DNA of 64,000 nt, taken from Podarcis tiliguerta (taxonomy: Eukaryota). Every line of letters begins with the position of its first letter. Position 1 is the first letter of the stretch. Both the position numbers and the translations under genes were made by a program. Of the stretch, positions 12,670 through 24,785 are shown piece after piece. The stretch lies in NCBI GenBank assembly GCA_965153285.1, contig OZ229113.1. One strand, 5' to 3'. The notes under the pieces are model-generated. The model was not told where the DNA came from. It did not search any database and worked only from the letters and a program-made list of their open reading frames with translations.

Positions 12670-13030
12670 CCTGGATCGCATATAACCCTAAGCTATGGTT
12701 CATTATACTATGGTTTACCATTATGTATGGACCCTGCTCAGCAGCTTAACTGTGGGTTGTTTACTGCCTACATGCCATGATCTGAAGTTTGTTGTTGGCT
12801 TATAAACCTTGGTTTCTTTTAACTATGGCTTGGCATTATGTATTAAGGCAGCCTTCCTTAACTATGGTTTGTTTGAGCATTTCATCCTACATGTTCACCA
12901 CATTATGAAAGCAGGAAGCAAGAGCAGCTGCCAAAAAATAAGTAAATAAACTTTGGTTTGTTTGGTTGCTTCATGGTTAACTTGTGGTTTGTTAAACAAA
13001 CCATGACTTTGCATTTTGGGTGAATCAGGC
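12670..13030. mobile_element. Old repeat rich in aaccatrgtt/actatggttt motifs (similar stretches near 880-950, 45600-45650, 51680-51870, 57530-57620)
   Basis: Many degenerate copies of a short quasi-palindromic motif; family not identified. Confidence 0.45.
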
Positions 13031-15259
13031 CTACACTGGTCAAAGAGAAATGTCCTACATATCTCACCTTTCTCTGACATTTTGGGTTTCCACATGGAGT
13101 TTTTGGCATGAGGGAACATTCAGACATAAAGACCTGCACAGGCATGCAATTTCTGGATGTATGAACTGGATCTGGCTGACTATGCAAAACTGTATTCTCC
13201 AACTTGGTTCCCTCCAGTTCCCATCAGTACTTGATAGCATATGGAGGCCACCAGGTCAGGTGAAGACAATTGTAGAGCATTCTAAACTTAGGGCTAAATA
13301 AGGCAAGATTACATTTCCCCCTAAAGCAGTGATGTGAGAGATTTCAACTGGAACTACAGTTCAGGGAGAAGGGAACATAACCCATCCCCCATCCCAGCCG
13401 GGCACAGTGCAAAGGGGAATAGCCACTGCTGAGCTCACATTTTAGCCATGACATCTGTATAGCCTCTGCCGATGCTGCTGTGCCCTTTAGTCATTCACTT
13501 GTATGGAACAATTATTCTAGAGAAACTTGTAATGATCTAAACTGCCATGTGACACCCGCTGATTCTGGTGGAATTATAATATTACCTAGGATTTACCTAT
13601 CCTATCCTATCCTCCTCTACTCTACTATACCTGAGTATAAAATAGCTCAGATCTAGGTAGGGTTTTCTCCAGTGTTTTTTGATAGATCATAATTCACTTT
13701 ATCTTTATTGTTCTGGTACCTTTGTCATCTTTCTCCCCAGCACAGTATTATTATGGTTGCCTATCCTCCCTCACCTACTCTGTCCTCCCTGTTTTCCACA
13801 AACAGACTAGAGGTCTAATGCCATGCTGATTAGTCTGAATGGGAAGGTGAGAACTGGCTCCATATGCAAAAAGTTCTGGACCCAACCTATGGTGTCTCTT
13901 GGGTAGGTCAGCAAAAGACTCCCTGTCTGAAACCCTGCAGAGCCTCTGACAGTCAGAGCAGACAATACTGAACTAGATAGATCAATGGTCAGACATGGTT
14001 CTTTATGTTCTTCAGTTCCACTGCTGGTTGTGGTGCTGCCAGCAGCAAAGGTTCTACCGTGCTCCAGAACTTGAGAGATGCATAGGCCTTGGTCAGATCA
14101 GGACACGGCACCCTCAGGATGGGCTTGCAAATATCGTTCTAGTACAGAGGTCTCATGTCATGCTGATTAGTTTGGGTGTATGAATGGACAGTGGGGTTTT
14201 ATTAAGGAACAAACTGGTGCTTTGTATTTTATAGACACCACATCAGCATTTTCCTCGGCACACAGCAGAATGAAGCCCCGCCGAGCCATTCCTTGGTCAC
14301 CACACTGAAGGATTTGGCTTTAGTCAGGCAACATGTAGCCAGGACACATTGGCAAAGGCACTGTGGCATCCTTTGCCAAGTCTATTTACTACCAACATAG
14401 AAGCTGCCAGGCTCCTGTCAGCCTGATGCCATCTCTCTGGGGTTCTTTGCTGGATTTACAGCTACAGGCCAGACCAATGTACCATGATGTAATGTCTCTA
14501 ACTTCTAAGATATACAGTAGCTGATAGTATTAAACACATATCATACTTAAATGGCTACAGTCGCTTTCAATGAGCCTTAACATTTCTTTCCATTGAAAGC
14601 TATGCCAATGATATCCTAGTAGTTTGCCGGCAACACTGTTCCACTGCTGCACATCCTCTTATCCTTCCCTATATCCTATGTCTACCTTTCACACAACATT
14701 TAAACTTAGGTGCTGAAATGTATATTTTAATTGGGTTGCAATTAAATGGTTTAAATTCACACTTCAAACAGGACCTACCTTAGTGAGTAGTTATTCAGAG
14801 TGTATCAAAGAGGTTTTCGTTAGCGATAGCAAAACCAGGCGATTACAGAATTTCCATTTCCTCATTCTATGGTTAGGGCAAATAAAGGATACACTGATAA
14901 TCTAGGCTGCAGTAATCACTAGTGAATAGTGATTAATGCTCTGAATGTTTACCCATTTCAGTTTTTGGAGCAAACCTAGCGTGGGGGAGGGGAATACTTT
15001 CCTTGAAACCTCTGCCACTGAGCAAACAGTGCCATAGTTCCCCCAACCTGCTTCAGCACTAATCCCCCACTGCCCCCCATTTGCAGTCCCCGCCCCCCGC
15101 CTTCATGGAGTGATCCCAAACTATCAGAGATCGTGTTGTGAAGATGATTGTGTCATGATCTGCCCATCAGATTTGGCAATGATATGCCACTGGGGAGAAA
15201 GAACGCTGCTTTAGAGTGAGGGCGACACTTCTGGGTTGGTTGTATTGGTGATCCTAGTC

Positions 15260-15395
15260 CAGGCATAGGCAAACTCAGCCCTCCAGATGTTTTGGGACTA
15301 CAATTCCCATCATCCCTGACCAATGGTCCTGTTAGCTAGGGATCATGGGAGTTGTAGTCCCAAAACATCTGGAGGGCTGAGTTTGCCTATGCCTG
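15260..15395. mobile_element. Palindromic hAT MITE (136 bp), young
   Basis: Long near-perfect TIRs caggcataggcaaactcagccctccagatgttttgggactacaa; perfect 8-bp TSD tcctagtc. Confidence 0.95.
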
Positions 15396-17630
15396 TCCTA
15401 GTCAATCATAAATAGGCAAACAAGACTATTTAGGGCAATTTCCCAAATTCAGTGTGTTTCAGGTGAAAGATTTTTGGATGGAGAAGGGATTCAAGCCCAA
15501 AGCGAGTAAAGATCTTATTTGTTCCTCATAGAAATAAATCAGTTGTGTCCCCCCCCCCCATACATCTGGTCCATATACGTAGCAATACTTAGAAAATCTA
15601 ACTAAATAAGCATATATGGTGGGGGGATGCTAAATTTTCCAGGCAGTGGGTCACATTGATTCATGGTCCGCCTACAGGAGCTGCATGTCAGAGTGAGTGT
15701 GGTTGAAGCGTAAGTGGTTGTGGCCAATTTCATTTCTCATTTCTCAAGGGACAGTTAAATGAAGGTGGAGGGTCCTTGTGGGAGTCAGAAAAATCTTTCA
15801 CCTCACCTGAACCTCACAACCCAGCAAGGACTATGGGAGTGGTCAGCTTAGTCACCATTTGCTGGTGGAAGCTTTTGACTCTTGCAAGCTTTCGTGTGTC
15901 AAGCTAGCTTAACTGTTAAAGCGCTCTCTCACACACACACCATGACCCTGTCTCTGTCTATCAGGCGCAGCACAGTTGAAGCCTGCATTTGTACCACTTC
16001 CTATTAGAGATGCCTTATTTCTCACAAAAGATAACTCTATTTGCAATATTTGGTAAGCCAAGATCTGCTCAATGGCTTCCATTCAAATGAAAAACATGGA
16101 AAGGGATCCGCAGCACGTCACCCTTGAATGCAGCAGCAGATTGAAAATTCCTTCAGCTTCCTCTGCATAGCATCGTCTAGAAATAAAACATATGGAGTTA
16201 GCACAACGGCTGATTGGATTTTGATTGCTCTGAAACGGAGCCAAGTTTAAAGTGGAGAGTGCAGCCTGAAAGGAAATACAGTAGACACTAGACCATTTAT
16301 TTGTTTCTGAGAGGGGACCTGGCTGACAGACTGCTTCGAAGGTGGCTAGCAAAGGCAATATGTTTCCATCTGGAAACCATATGGGGAGCTCAGCTAGTAT
16401 CTTGAAAAATGGCAGAGTTGATGCATGTACCATGAAAGCAGACATCACAGCCTTGTAAAACTGGAGTCGGTCAAGAGCATCACACCTGATGAACGGTCCT
16501 GATGAAGAATGGAAACAGTTCACCTACAAACAGGTGTCTAGTAAAACATGATATAAGCGGTACACTGAAGGGAACTATTGAATAGGTAACAAGGTAGTGT
16601 CGGAGACAGGCAAAACACCCCTTCAAAGAAGCTCATTCATTGAAGGCGCATTCATTGGTCCCAAGCGAGTTCTAGGCACATGCAACGAGTTGTGTGGAAC
16701 AGCGAGTGGCCAGCGATGGAGAGACACATTCTTTCCCAGACTACAAAATTATGCACCCAACAAGTTCAGTGATGAGTATTACAATGCAGTTTCATGCACA
16801 TGCCCAGGTGTATATTTGCTGGTTGTGCATGTGTTAAGAAGATCTGTGTATGCAAACTTCCTTTACTGGGCTAGGACTTCTGAAAGCTTATCCATTCAAA
16901 CAGGTCCAAAGGTGCATTGGGTGTATATTTGATCTCAGTAAAAACTAACAGTAGCAATCAAACTGCACTTTATGTTTAATAAGTGGGATGCAGTTATGTC
17001 TCTGGTTTTTTTAAAAGTAATTAGAGCTGCTGGGGCCCGGCTGTAATCAGGATCCCAGCATGAGGGGGGTGGATTTATCTCTTCCCTCCTGAGGCGCAGT
17101 TCCTCCAGAGTCTCCTCCCCACCCCCAGTGACAACAAGATTTTTTCCCTAAGCCTTGAAGCTACCGGGAGGCATTATGGCTGGAGAAGGGAGGGATAAAC
17201 CTCTCCTCCCTGTGTGCTGCAATCCCAATAGCCATCTCTCTTGCTGACTATGATTAATTTAATGGGGAAAAGGAAAGATGTAGCTACATGTTATGTAAGA
17301 AATCTTCGCATTTCATACTTTTTGCAAGGCTACCTTCCTGAATTTTGCTATTCAAGCAGTAAATAACAGCATAAAATGTTGTCATGGGGAGGCACCCCAA
17401 GTGTTACACATTACAGCAGAAATGAATCCCTCTTTTGCAGCATAATCTTTTTTTATAAAAATAAAAAAATAGGGCTGAAGGTGCCACAGGAAACAAAAAA
17501 CAGTAAGTGGCAATCAACATTAAAAAAAAACATTTTAAAAAATGCATTATTGGCAATTAAAAGTTGGAGATGTTGAAATCAGTGGACACCTAAACTGGGG
17601 AGATTTTGGGCCTCACCCTCTGGTAAAACT

Positions 17631-17684
17631 ATACACACACAAACACACACACACATATACGTGTGTGTGTGTGTGTGTGTGTAT
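17631..17684. repeat. Inverted (CA)n-(TG)n microsatellite pair
   Basis: atacacacacaaacacacacacacatatacgtgtgtgtgtgtgtgtgtgtgtat. Confidence 0.9.
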
Positions 17685-18029
17685 TAATAATCAAGGGGAA
17701 TGATGAGTTTCTTTAGAAACACTATTCCTTGCAATAGATGCCACAGCAAAGAAAGCCCTGCTCCATACCCTGAAATGTACTGCTCTAAAGAATGACACAC
17801 AGGGCAGTAAATTGGAGCACATTGGGGTAAATATACGGGAGCCTTAAAATGAAAGTGTTCTAGAAGAACCTCTGTTCAGTTCAAGATAATCCAAATATGA
17901 TGAAGTATGCAAATGTTTGAAGAGGCTTGTGAAGGATGCATCTTAAAGACACAAGGAATCTACATGTAGTTATCAGAGACTGGGGTGGCTACTCCCTGGC
18001 ATGTCTGCAGATCTTGTGCCTTGTGCCAG

Positions 18030-18153
18030 AGAGATAGCTCAGTTGATTAGAGAGTGGGTCTGAATCCATTGCATTCATATTAGTTGAGATTCCTGCATTG
18101 CAGGGAGTTGGACTAAATGACCCCTGGGGTACCTTCCAATTCTATGATTCTAT
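18030..18153 (+). mobile_element. Degenerate tRNA-head/CR1-tail SINE
   Basis: gatagctcagttgattagag head; gattcctgcattgcagggagttggactaaatgaccc...ttctatgattctat tail. Confidence 0.75.
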
Positions 18154-19732
18154 TATTTAGAGCTACTCGGGTTGCCAGCATTTTAGAAAAAAGGAGTTGC
18201 TGTTTAAATTGGTAGGATATTACAAAGGGGCCCACATATTGAATTTGGATAATTTTTGCAATCAATATTCAGAATGAACATTTACAGTTGAAGTGAAGTA
18301 CATATGAAACTTCAAAATCCATGTGCCTGTCTGGCAAAAGCTTTCACATACTTAAATGGTGACAGAAAGACCTCAAAACATACAAGAAAACAAAAACAGC
18401 AGAGGATTCAATTAGTATATCTGAATGTTCTGATAAAATTAACTTCTAGTGTGCTTTCCCCAAACAAAATGAAGGATTCACATTATTATTCATGTTCTTG
18501 TGGGTCGTATAATTTACAAATTATTTGCGAATACACCAACAACTTTACTACTTGTATGGAATTATGACATAGGCAAACAAAGAAGGACAATAGTATTTCG
18601 CAGATCATTGTACAAGTGTTTCTGAGCAGCCATAGTGTGAAAAATAAAATGCTTACTTTAAACAATACTGCCCTCTTGTGCTTAAACACAAACTAAAAAT
18701 TGTCACAATCCCCTCTAAGCCTTCATTAGAAAAAAATCTTGCCATCCAGTTCCTTGACACCGTTAATAGTTTTTTATCATGATCCCCCTGTCCCAAGTGA
18801 TCTTTTTATGTAAGAAATTAGCTCTAATCCTCTGATCATTTTGATTGCCTTTGCATGCACATTTTCATTCTCCTACATATCCTTCCTGATATGGAGACCA
18901 CAACTGCACAGATTATATCAGTTCATTAACTCTGCAGTCGTAAAGCTGATCACTTGAGCAGGGTGTGTGAAGGCAGTTCCCCACTCAGTCCCAAACCCTG
19001 CTGAGATCTTGCTAGCAGAGCAAAAGTGTACAGTGGTGCTCTTGCACATCTGTTCTTTTAACTCCTGACTGGTTTAAATTTCACCTCTGTTTGTGTGGGG
19101 GTGAGTCCTCCCCTGAACAACCCAGAATACCAAGATCTCTTTTGGCCTTATAGCGATATAGGCCCAGGATCAGTTTCTAGGGGCCATAGCACCAAAATAA
19201 CTTAGGATGCAATGATCACCTTCCTAATAATCCTTAATTTTAAAAAAATTGTTTTTATTAAGGTTTTTTTCATGTTAAAAAGCAAACAGATAAGTAGGGA
19301 AAGGCACATCTGTTGTCTCCACTTTCAGTTCATAGTCTTTTTCACAGTTTGTTTATGTTTGGTGAGAGACACTTTTGTCATAGACATAGACATCTTGCAG
19401 TTGGGGAAGGGGGGGGAGAGATGGGGGTATTGTTCTTTTATTCTATTGCCTATTGTTGGTGCAGGAGGGTTGTTTCAGAATCTTTAATCCTCCTAAATGT
19501 GGTATTGGTCTTTCTTACTGCTGCCACACATCAAACTGACTTTTAGAATTAAGCCCTTCACCATGATATTAGTCCTTGGTAATTGCAGTTAACTCATATT
19601 CCACCAATGCATTGGGGTGGGGGATTGGTTCACCCCAATACCCATCACTTGACACTTCGTTATAATGAATCATTATTTGACATTTTGTTCCCCATTCACC
19701 CACTTTGATGATATGCTTTCAGGGCTCTTCAC

Positions 19733-19978
19733 CATGGGTAGGCAAACTAAGGCCCAGGGGCCAGATCCAGCCCAATCGCCTTCTCAATCTGGCCCATGGA
19801 CGGTCCGGGAATCAGCATGTTTTTACATGAGTAGAATGTGTGATTTTATTTAAAATGCATCTCTGGGTTATTTCTGGGGCATAGAAATTCGTTTCCTTTC
19901 CTGAAATATAGTCCGGCCCCCCACAAAGTCTGAGGGACAGTGGACAGGCACCCTGCTGAAAAAAATTGCTGACCCCTG
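19733..19978 (+). mobile_element. hAT-Charlie non-autonomous element (OposCharlie1-like end)
   Basis: catgggtaggcaaact...ttgctgacccctg; TSD ctcttcac/ctcttgac; sister copy at 36385-36641. Confidence 0.85.
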
Positions 19979-20289
19979 CTCTTGACTATCTGCCTGATTC
20001 CCAGAGACAGGGAAGACAAGCAGCAATGCCTCCCTCTTGCTGGCCAGAGGGGGTGGCTTTCTGGCAGAAGCGGGGAAGCGGTAGAGAGGGTGGGGTGCCG
20101 CCTCTTGCGCTTATGCTGCCAGAGGTGCGAGCTTCACACCACCTCCTTGGTGGGCTGGCTCTGCATGCAATAAATCACATTCATTTTAGTAAAGCTTTCT
20201 ACAATTTACCTGAGAAGTTGCACATTTTTGTTAGATAGCCAAGTTCACACCACCAGACCTGGCAACTTGCTTATTTTTACTTTGCCAGT

Positions 20290-20930
20290 TAGCCTTAGAA
20301 CTATTATCTCTTGTCGCTTCTATATAATCATCTCAGTTATTAATCGCCTCACAAAAGTGACTCAGATGCTTATCTGCCCAAAATCTTCTACAGTGAACTC
20401 TTGCAACATCTTTGCAACCTATCTTCCTTCAGTCATTCACAGATTTCCTGTCCAACTATGTCTCTGTCCAGTTTCTACTTCAGATGCATTTAAATAAACT
20501 TGCATTTTTTCCCCATTTCTTTTTAAAAAGCAACATGACCACCCTTTATTATTTTCTTGCCTTATTTTTTCATCAGCTTGTTCTGCTGCATTCTTCTTGT
20601 TTTCTTCATTTGGGAAAGACTTCCTCTTTTTCAAGGAAGTCTCTTTGCCTTTGACAAGTTCCGAGTTCCTTCACTCTACATTACTTGTTAACCATCCTAG
20701 CATCCTCTTGAACTTGTTTGCACCTTTCCAAATCTGGGGGAGGAATTGTATCGCTTTCTATTATAGTGCTATTGAATGACTGCTAAGAATCTTGTAGATA
20801 TTTGATGCTCTTGGCTCTCCCTTTCAACTTCCTTTCAACTACAGTATTTGTTTTTAGACATTTCCTCTTTGGAAATTGAATATGACTGGGTTGAACTTTC
20901 TGGACATCATTTTCATGTATGCTACATTTG
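20290..20930 (-). pseudogene. Possible fifth, more decayed copy of the BRWD1 module
   Basis: Purine-rich coding-like block with stops; starts CSIHEND (copy 2: CVIQENG) and ends DYIEATRDNSSK (copy 3: DYTKYKRGNRRSK). Confidence 0.4.
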
Positions 20931-21829
20931 AAAGCACTGTGGTCCCTGTTCCTTAGGAAGTTGCTAGCACTTATTTAAGGAGATGGCAAGCAGATTCCTT
21001 CTCCCCATTGTGCAATAAGTGGATATCCACATGTACAGCAGTGCTGCTGCAGCTTATTGCCAAACAGGGAGACTCTCAAGATCAGGGTCTAGGACCATTT
21101 CCTATTTCTCCACTCCCTGCCACCCCAAAAAATATTATTCCGTGACAAACATTTTTGAATACCGGTAGTTTGTTTTGGAAGGGACTATGGAACTAAACTA
21201 CATGATAGGATAACTTTCTTTTTATCTTTGAATATCTCAGCTGGGCTGCAGCTGGCTGACCAGTCATGAAAATAAAAAAATGAAGAGTTTGCTGAGCAAC
21301 ATAGTGGATGAATTTAGATGTGGCACAAACATGCGTACAGGCCCTAGCTTGATTTGAATGAAGTATACACCCCTTTCAATATCAACTCTTATTTGACATT
21401 CTGAAAAATATACAGCAAACAAATAATAAATTAGCACGAACAACTGATTTTTTTTTTAAAAAATCTACATATTAGATGCTAAAGTAATCAGGTTATAGTA
21501 CATTTTTTATACATATAAAACAATCTGGCTATGGATGCATCTTCAGTTATCTGCTTCCAGTTACGTAGAACTGCAATCCTTTGAAATAAACTCCCAAGTC
21601 ACTTGGCAAGGGTCACATTTAATAAGAGTTAACAGGTACGTAAATGTGTTGGACATGCTAAAGATTTTTTAACATCTGCTCCAAATAAATACAAAGAAGA
21701 ACTTAAGTTGGTTATTTTAAGACCATCAAGATACCATTCAGGTGACAAAATTATTAAAATATGTTTCAAACTCAGCAAACAACATTTCTGTAACACAAAT
21801 TCCATGTTAAGCCATTGTGGCTGGCCACA

Positions 21830-22162
21830 ACACAAGAGTCTGGCGGCCACATGGCGATGAAAGAATGAGGTCAACTTTCTTCACTTTCAAACATGAAAGA
21901 CTTCTTTTCAAGTTCGGCTGAGAACATCCCTTTCAATATCAGATTATGAGCAGGTGATTTCCAGAAAGCCACTGGCATATATGTTTAATGGTATTTATAT
22001 GAATTATAATTCACCTTCTCCCTAAGGTCAAGAGATACAACAGAACCTTCAGTCCAATGCAGTGAAGCTCTTATGATGTTCTGAATGCCACCTTGTTTTC
22101 CTCTCTCATTTTCACATCATCCAATTGTTTTCTTCTTTCCAGTATCAGCTTTTGAACACATT
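21830..22162 (-). pseudogene. Decayed fourth copy of the BRWD1 C-terminal exon module, or a short alternative last exon
   Basis: Acceptor and start tccatggtttatattcag|AATGTGT resemble copy 2 (tccatgcctttatag|AATGTGT); stop at 22071; downstream relic motifs SDIERDVLS and RKL....HRHVAARLL. Confidence 0.6.
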
Positions 22163-22335
22163 CTGAATATAAACCATGGATATGCATTACTTTTACTAGA
22201 TGCGGGAATGGAAGCTGAGAAACTGCTCTGCCTAGAGGCACAAACAGTCAATGAAGAGTGGAGCTCATATAGTGCCTCTGCAGAGGCTGCAGGCTACAGC
22301 TGATAATGGACCAACTGATAGGACTTGGGAGTCAA

Positions 22336-22499
22336 CATAGGAGCCAACTCCTTGGGGTTTGGGCCCCCCAATAAAATATCAAAGGGGCCTGCCCCCCCCC
22401 AAGTTGATGGGCATTGCCATTCAAATGGTGTGCATGCATCATGTGATCAATTATGCAGGGTGAAGCTTACCCATTATTTTTTTGAAGTTGGAACCCCTG
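22336..22499. mobile_element. Short hAT-like element
   Basis: cataggagccaact...agttggaacccctg termini; 8-bp flanks ggagtcaa/agagtcga. Confidence 0.55.
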
Positions 22500-22577
22500 A
22501 GAGTCGACATCTAGAAGGCACTGTGTTCACTACCCTTTTGTTAAAATTGTGGATTGAATTCCGTAATTTACAAGCTA

Positions 22578-22834
22578 CCGTATTTTTCGCTCTATAAGAC
22601 GCACCAGACCACAAGACGCACCTAGTTTTTGGAGGAGGAAAACAAGAAAAAAAAATCTGAATCTCAGAAGCCAGAACAGCAAGAGGGATCGCTGTGCAGT
22701 GAAAGCAGCAATCCCTCTTGCTGTTCTGGCTTCTGGGATAGCTGCGCAGCCTGCATTCGCTCCATAAGACGCACACACATTTCCCCTTACTTTTTAGGAG
22801 GGAAAAAGTGAGTCTTATAGAGCAAAAAATACGG
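22578..22834. mobile_element. Tc1/mariner-pogo-type MITE with internal 30-bp hairpin
   Basis: TA TSD; TIR ccgtatttt(t/c)gctctataagac at both ends. Confidence 0.9.
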
Positions 22835-23609
22835 TACCTGCTGCCAACAACCCTGTCTCCCTTGAGAGTTCACAAAAAAAAAAGTGCTGGCAACCACATG
22901 TGATATGGGAGATCCATTTTCAGATCTTTTAAGAGTGAGCTTTAAACATGCTTAGGAGCAACCAAATTTGATCAGTGTGATTCTGGAGAGTGGGGAAGCT
23001 TTTAACATATGTTGCATCTGTGTTTTGTACCGTTTCCCCTCACGATACAATAGATTATGAGTTAACTACTGCCCCCCCCCCCGCCAGCATTGCTGTTATT
23101 AAATTTACCTCTTTGGTAGTTACACATTTTGATAGCTTCTCCCCTGCATTACAGCAATGATCTCATTATAGTCTCGTGTTAGCGTGAAAATGCCCTAACT
23201 GCAAATAGGCTGATCATGTACTCCACATATGGGAAACGAGCCATACCAACAAACCTATGCATCAGACTCATAGTTCCCTACATTTCAGTCCTATGTATGT
23301 CTACTCAAACAAACTGAGCTCAGTGGGGCACTCTTCCATGTATGTATAGGAGATCAGCATTTTGCTGTTCCTAGCACAAGACTGTCACATATTAAACAGC
23401 GGCTACAGCCAATATTTAAACTAACCAATGAATTATGCAAAGAATGGTTAAATGCCTAACAAACACTGGTGATGAACTAGAGAAATACGTACACTACACA
23501 AACCACTTTACCAAAATCTACTCATGGACTGCTTACATCACATACTAATATATGGAGTCAGCCTGAGCCAAACAGTCTGGGGCAGATTGGTGTATCAGTG
23601 GCAAGCTAC

Positions 23610-24455
23610 TTATAAATGCTATGGATGTAGTGTATTGTGATTACAGTAATGCCTTCAACAAATTTCCCCATATTCTTGCAGAGAAGCTGGTAAAATGTGG
23701 GCAGGATAAGGAACTATTAGGTGGATTTGTAGCTGGTTGACCGACCAAACCCAGAGAGTGCTCATTCATGGTTCTTTGTCACCCCGGAAAAAAAGTGACA
23801 AGTGGGTGCTGCAGGGTTCTGTCCTGGGTCTGTTCTTCTTCCAACATCTTTATAAACAACTTGGGTGAAGGAATTGAGGGGGTGCTCATCAGTTTTTCAG
23901 ATGACACCAAACAGAGGGGTAGCTAATGCTGCAGGAAACAAGAATCGGGATTCGAGATATTAACAGATTGGAGAACTGGGCCCCAACTAACAGAATGAAA
24001 TTAAATAGAGACAAATGTCAGCCCTACACTTAAGACAGCAAGAAAATGCTGCACAAATGTAAGACGGGGGGACACTTGGATTGCCTGTAGAACATATGAG
24101 AAGAATCTAGGGTCTTAGTAAACTACAAGCTTAACATGAGTCAACATTGTGATGTAGCAGCAAAAAAAGCTAATGCTATTCTAGGCTACATCAACATAAG
24201 CATAGTATCCAGATCAAAGGAAGCAACAGTATCACGCTATGCTGCCTTGGTCAGGCCACCCCTGGAACACAGTGTCCAGTTCTGGCCATCAGAATTTAAG
24301 GACATTGACAAGTATCTTCCTTCATTCGAGGTTTTTAAGCAGAGGTTGGATGGCCATCTGCCATGGATACTTTAGCTGAGATTCATGCATCGCAAGGGGT
24401 TGGACTACATGACCCTTAGGGTCCCTTCCAACTCTACAATTATATGATTCTATGA
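23610..24455 (+). mobile_element. CR1 LINE, 5'-truncated, with an internal deletion
   Basis: Decayed RT motifs (gatgacaccaa; MSQHCDVAAKKANAILG...LVRPPLEHSVQFW) joined directly to PSFEVFKQRLDGHL; attctatg tail. Confidence 0.9.
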
Positions 24456-24739
24456 ATAATCCGTAAGCTTGCAACTCTTGATGTATGCTTTAGTGACATC
24501 AGAACCCTTGGGGCATCCGGCCCCTCTGGCAGCCACAATGAATGGTTGGCAGGTGTCATTTACTTGAACTAATATGGAAGATTGGTGACAGATGTACCAT
24601 TATGCAGAACTTTGGAATGAAGAAACTAGGATTTCATATGGCCAGGAGGAAAGGATTCTGAACAAACAAATCTACTCCAAAGAAGCTTCATTTAAACACA
24701 GAATGTGCAAGTTTATCCATATCAAGTACAGTTTCTAAT

Positions 24740-24785
24740 TAAACATACAAAAATAAAGAACTCTGATCACTAGGAGTCTTTTATT
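24740..24785 (-). terminator. Likely BRWD1 polyadenylation signal (3' UTR ~26114-24760)
   Basis: AATAAA on minus at 24785-24780, followed by a U/GU-rich element (ttctttatttttgtatgttt). An upstream AATAAA at 25500-25495 could give a shorter UTR. Confidence 0.6.

Noticed and set aside
16460-16540. Two CTGATGA boxes plus GAAAC suggesting a hammerhead ribozyme or C/D snoRNA
   Set aside because: No stem I can be formed around any candidate cleavage triplet, and I see no terminal stem with a convincing C/D arrangement
16083-16932. 146-aa and 111-aa ORFs in the intergenic region
   Set aside because: Non-ATG starts, no recognisable domain and no supporting exon structure
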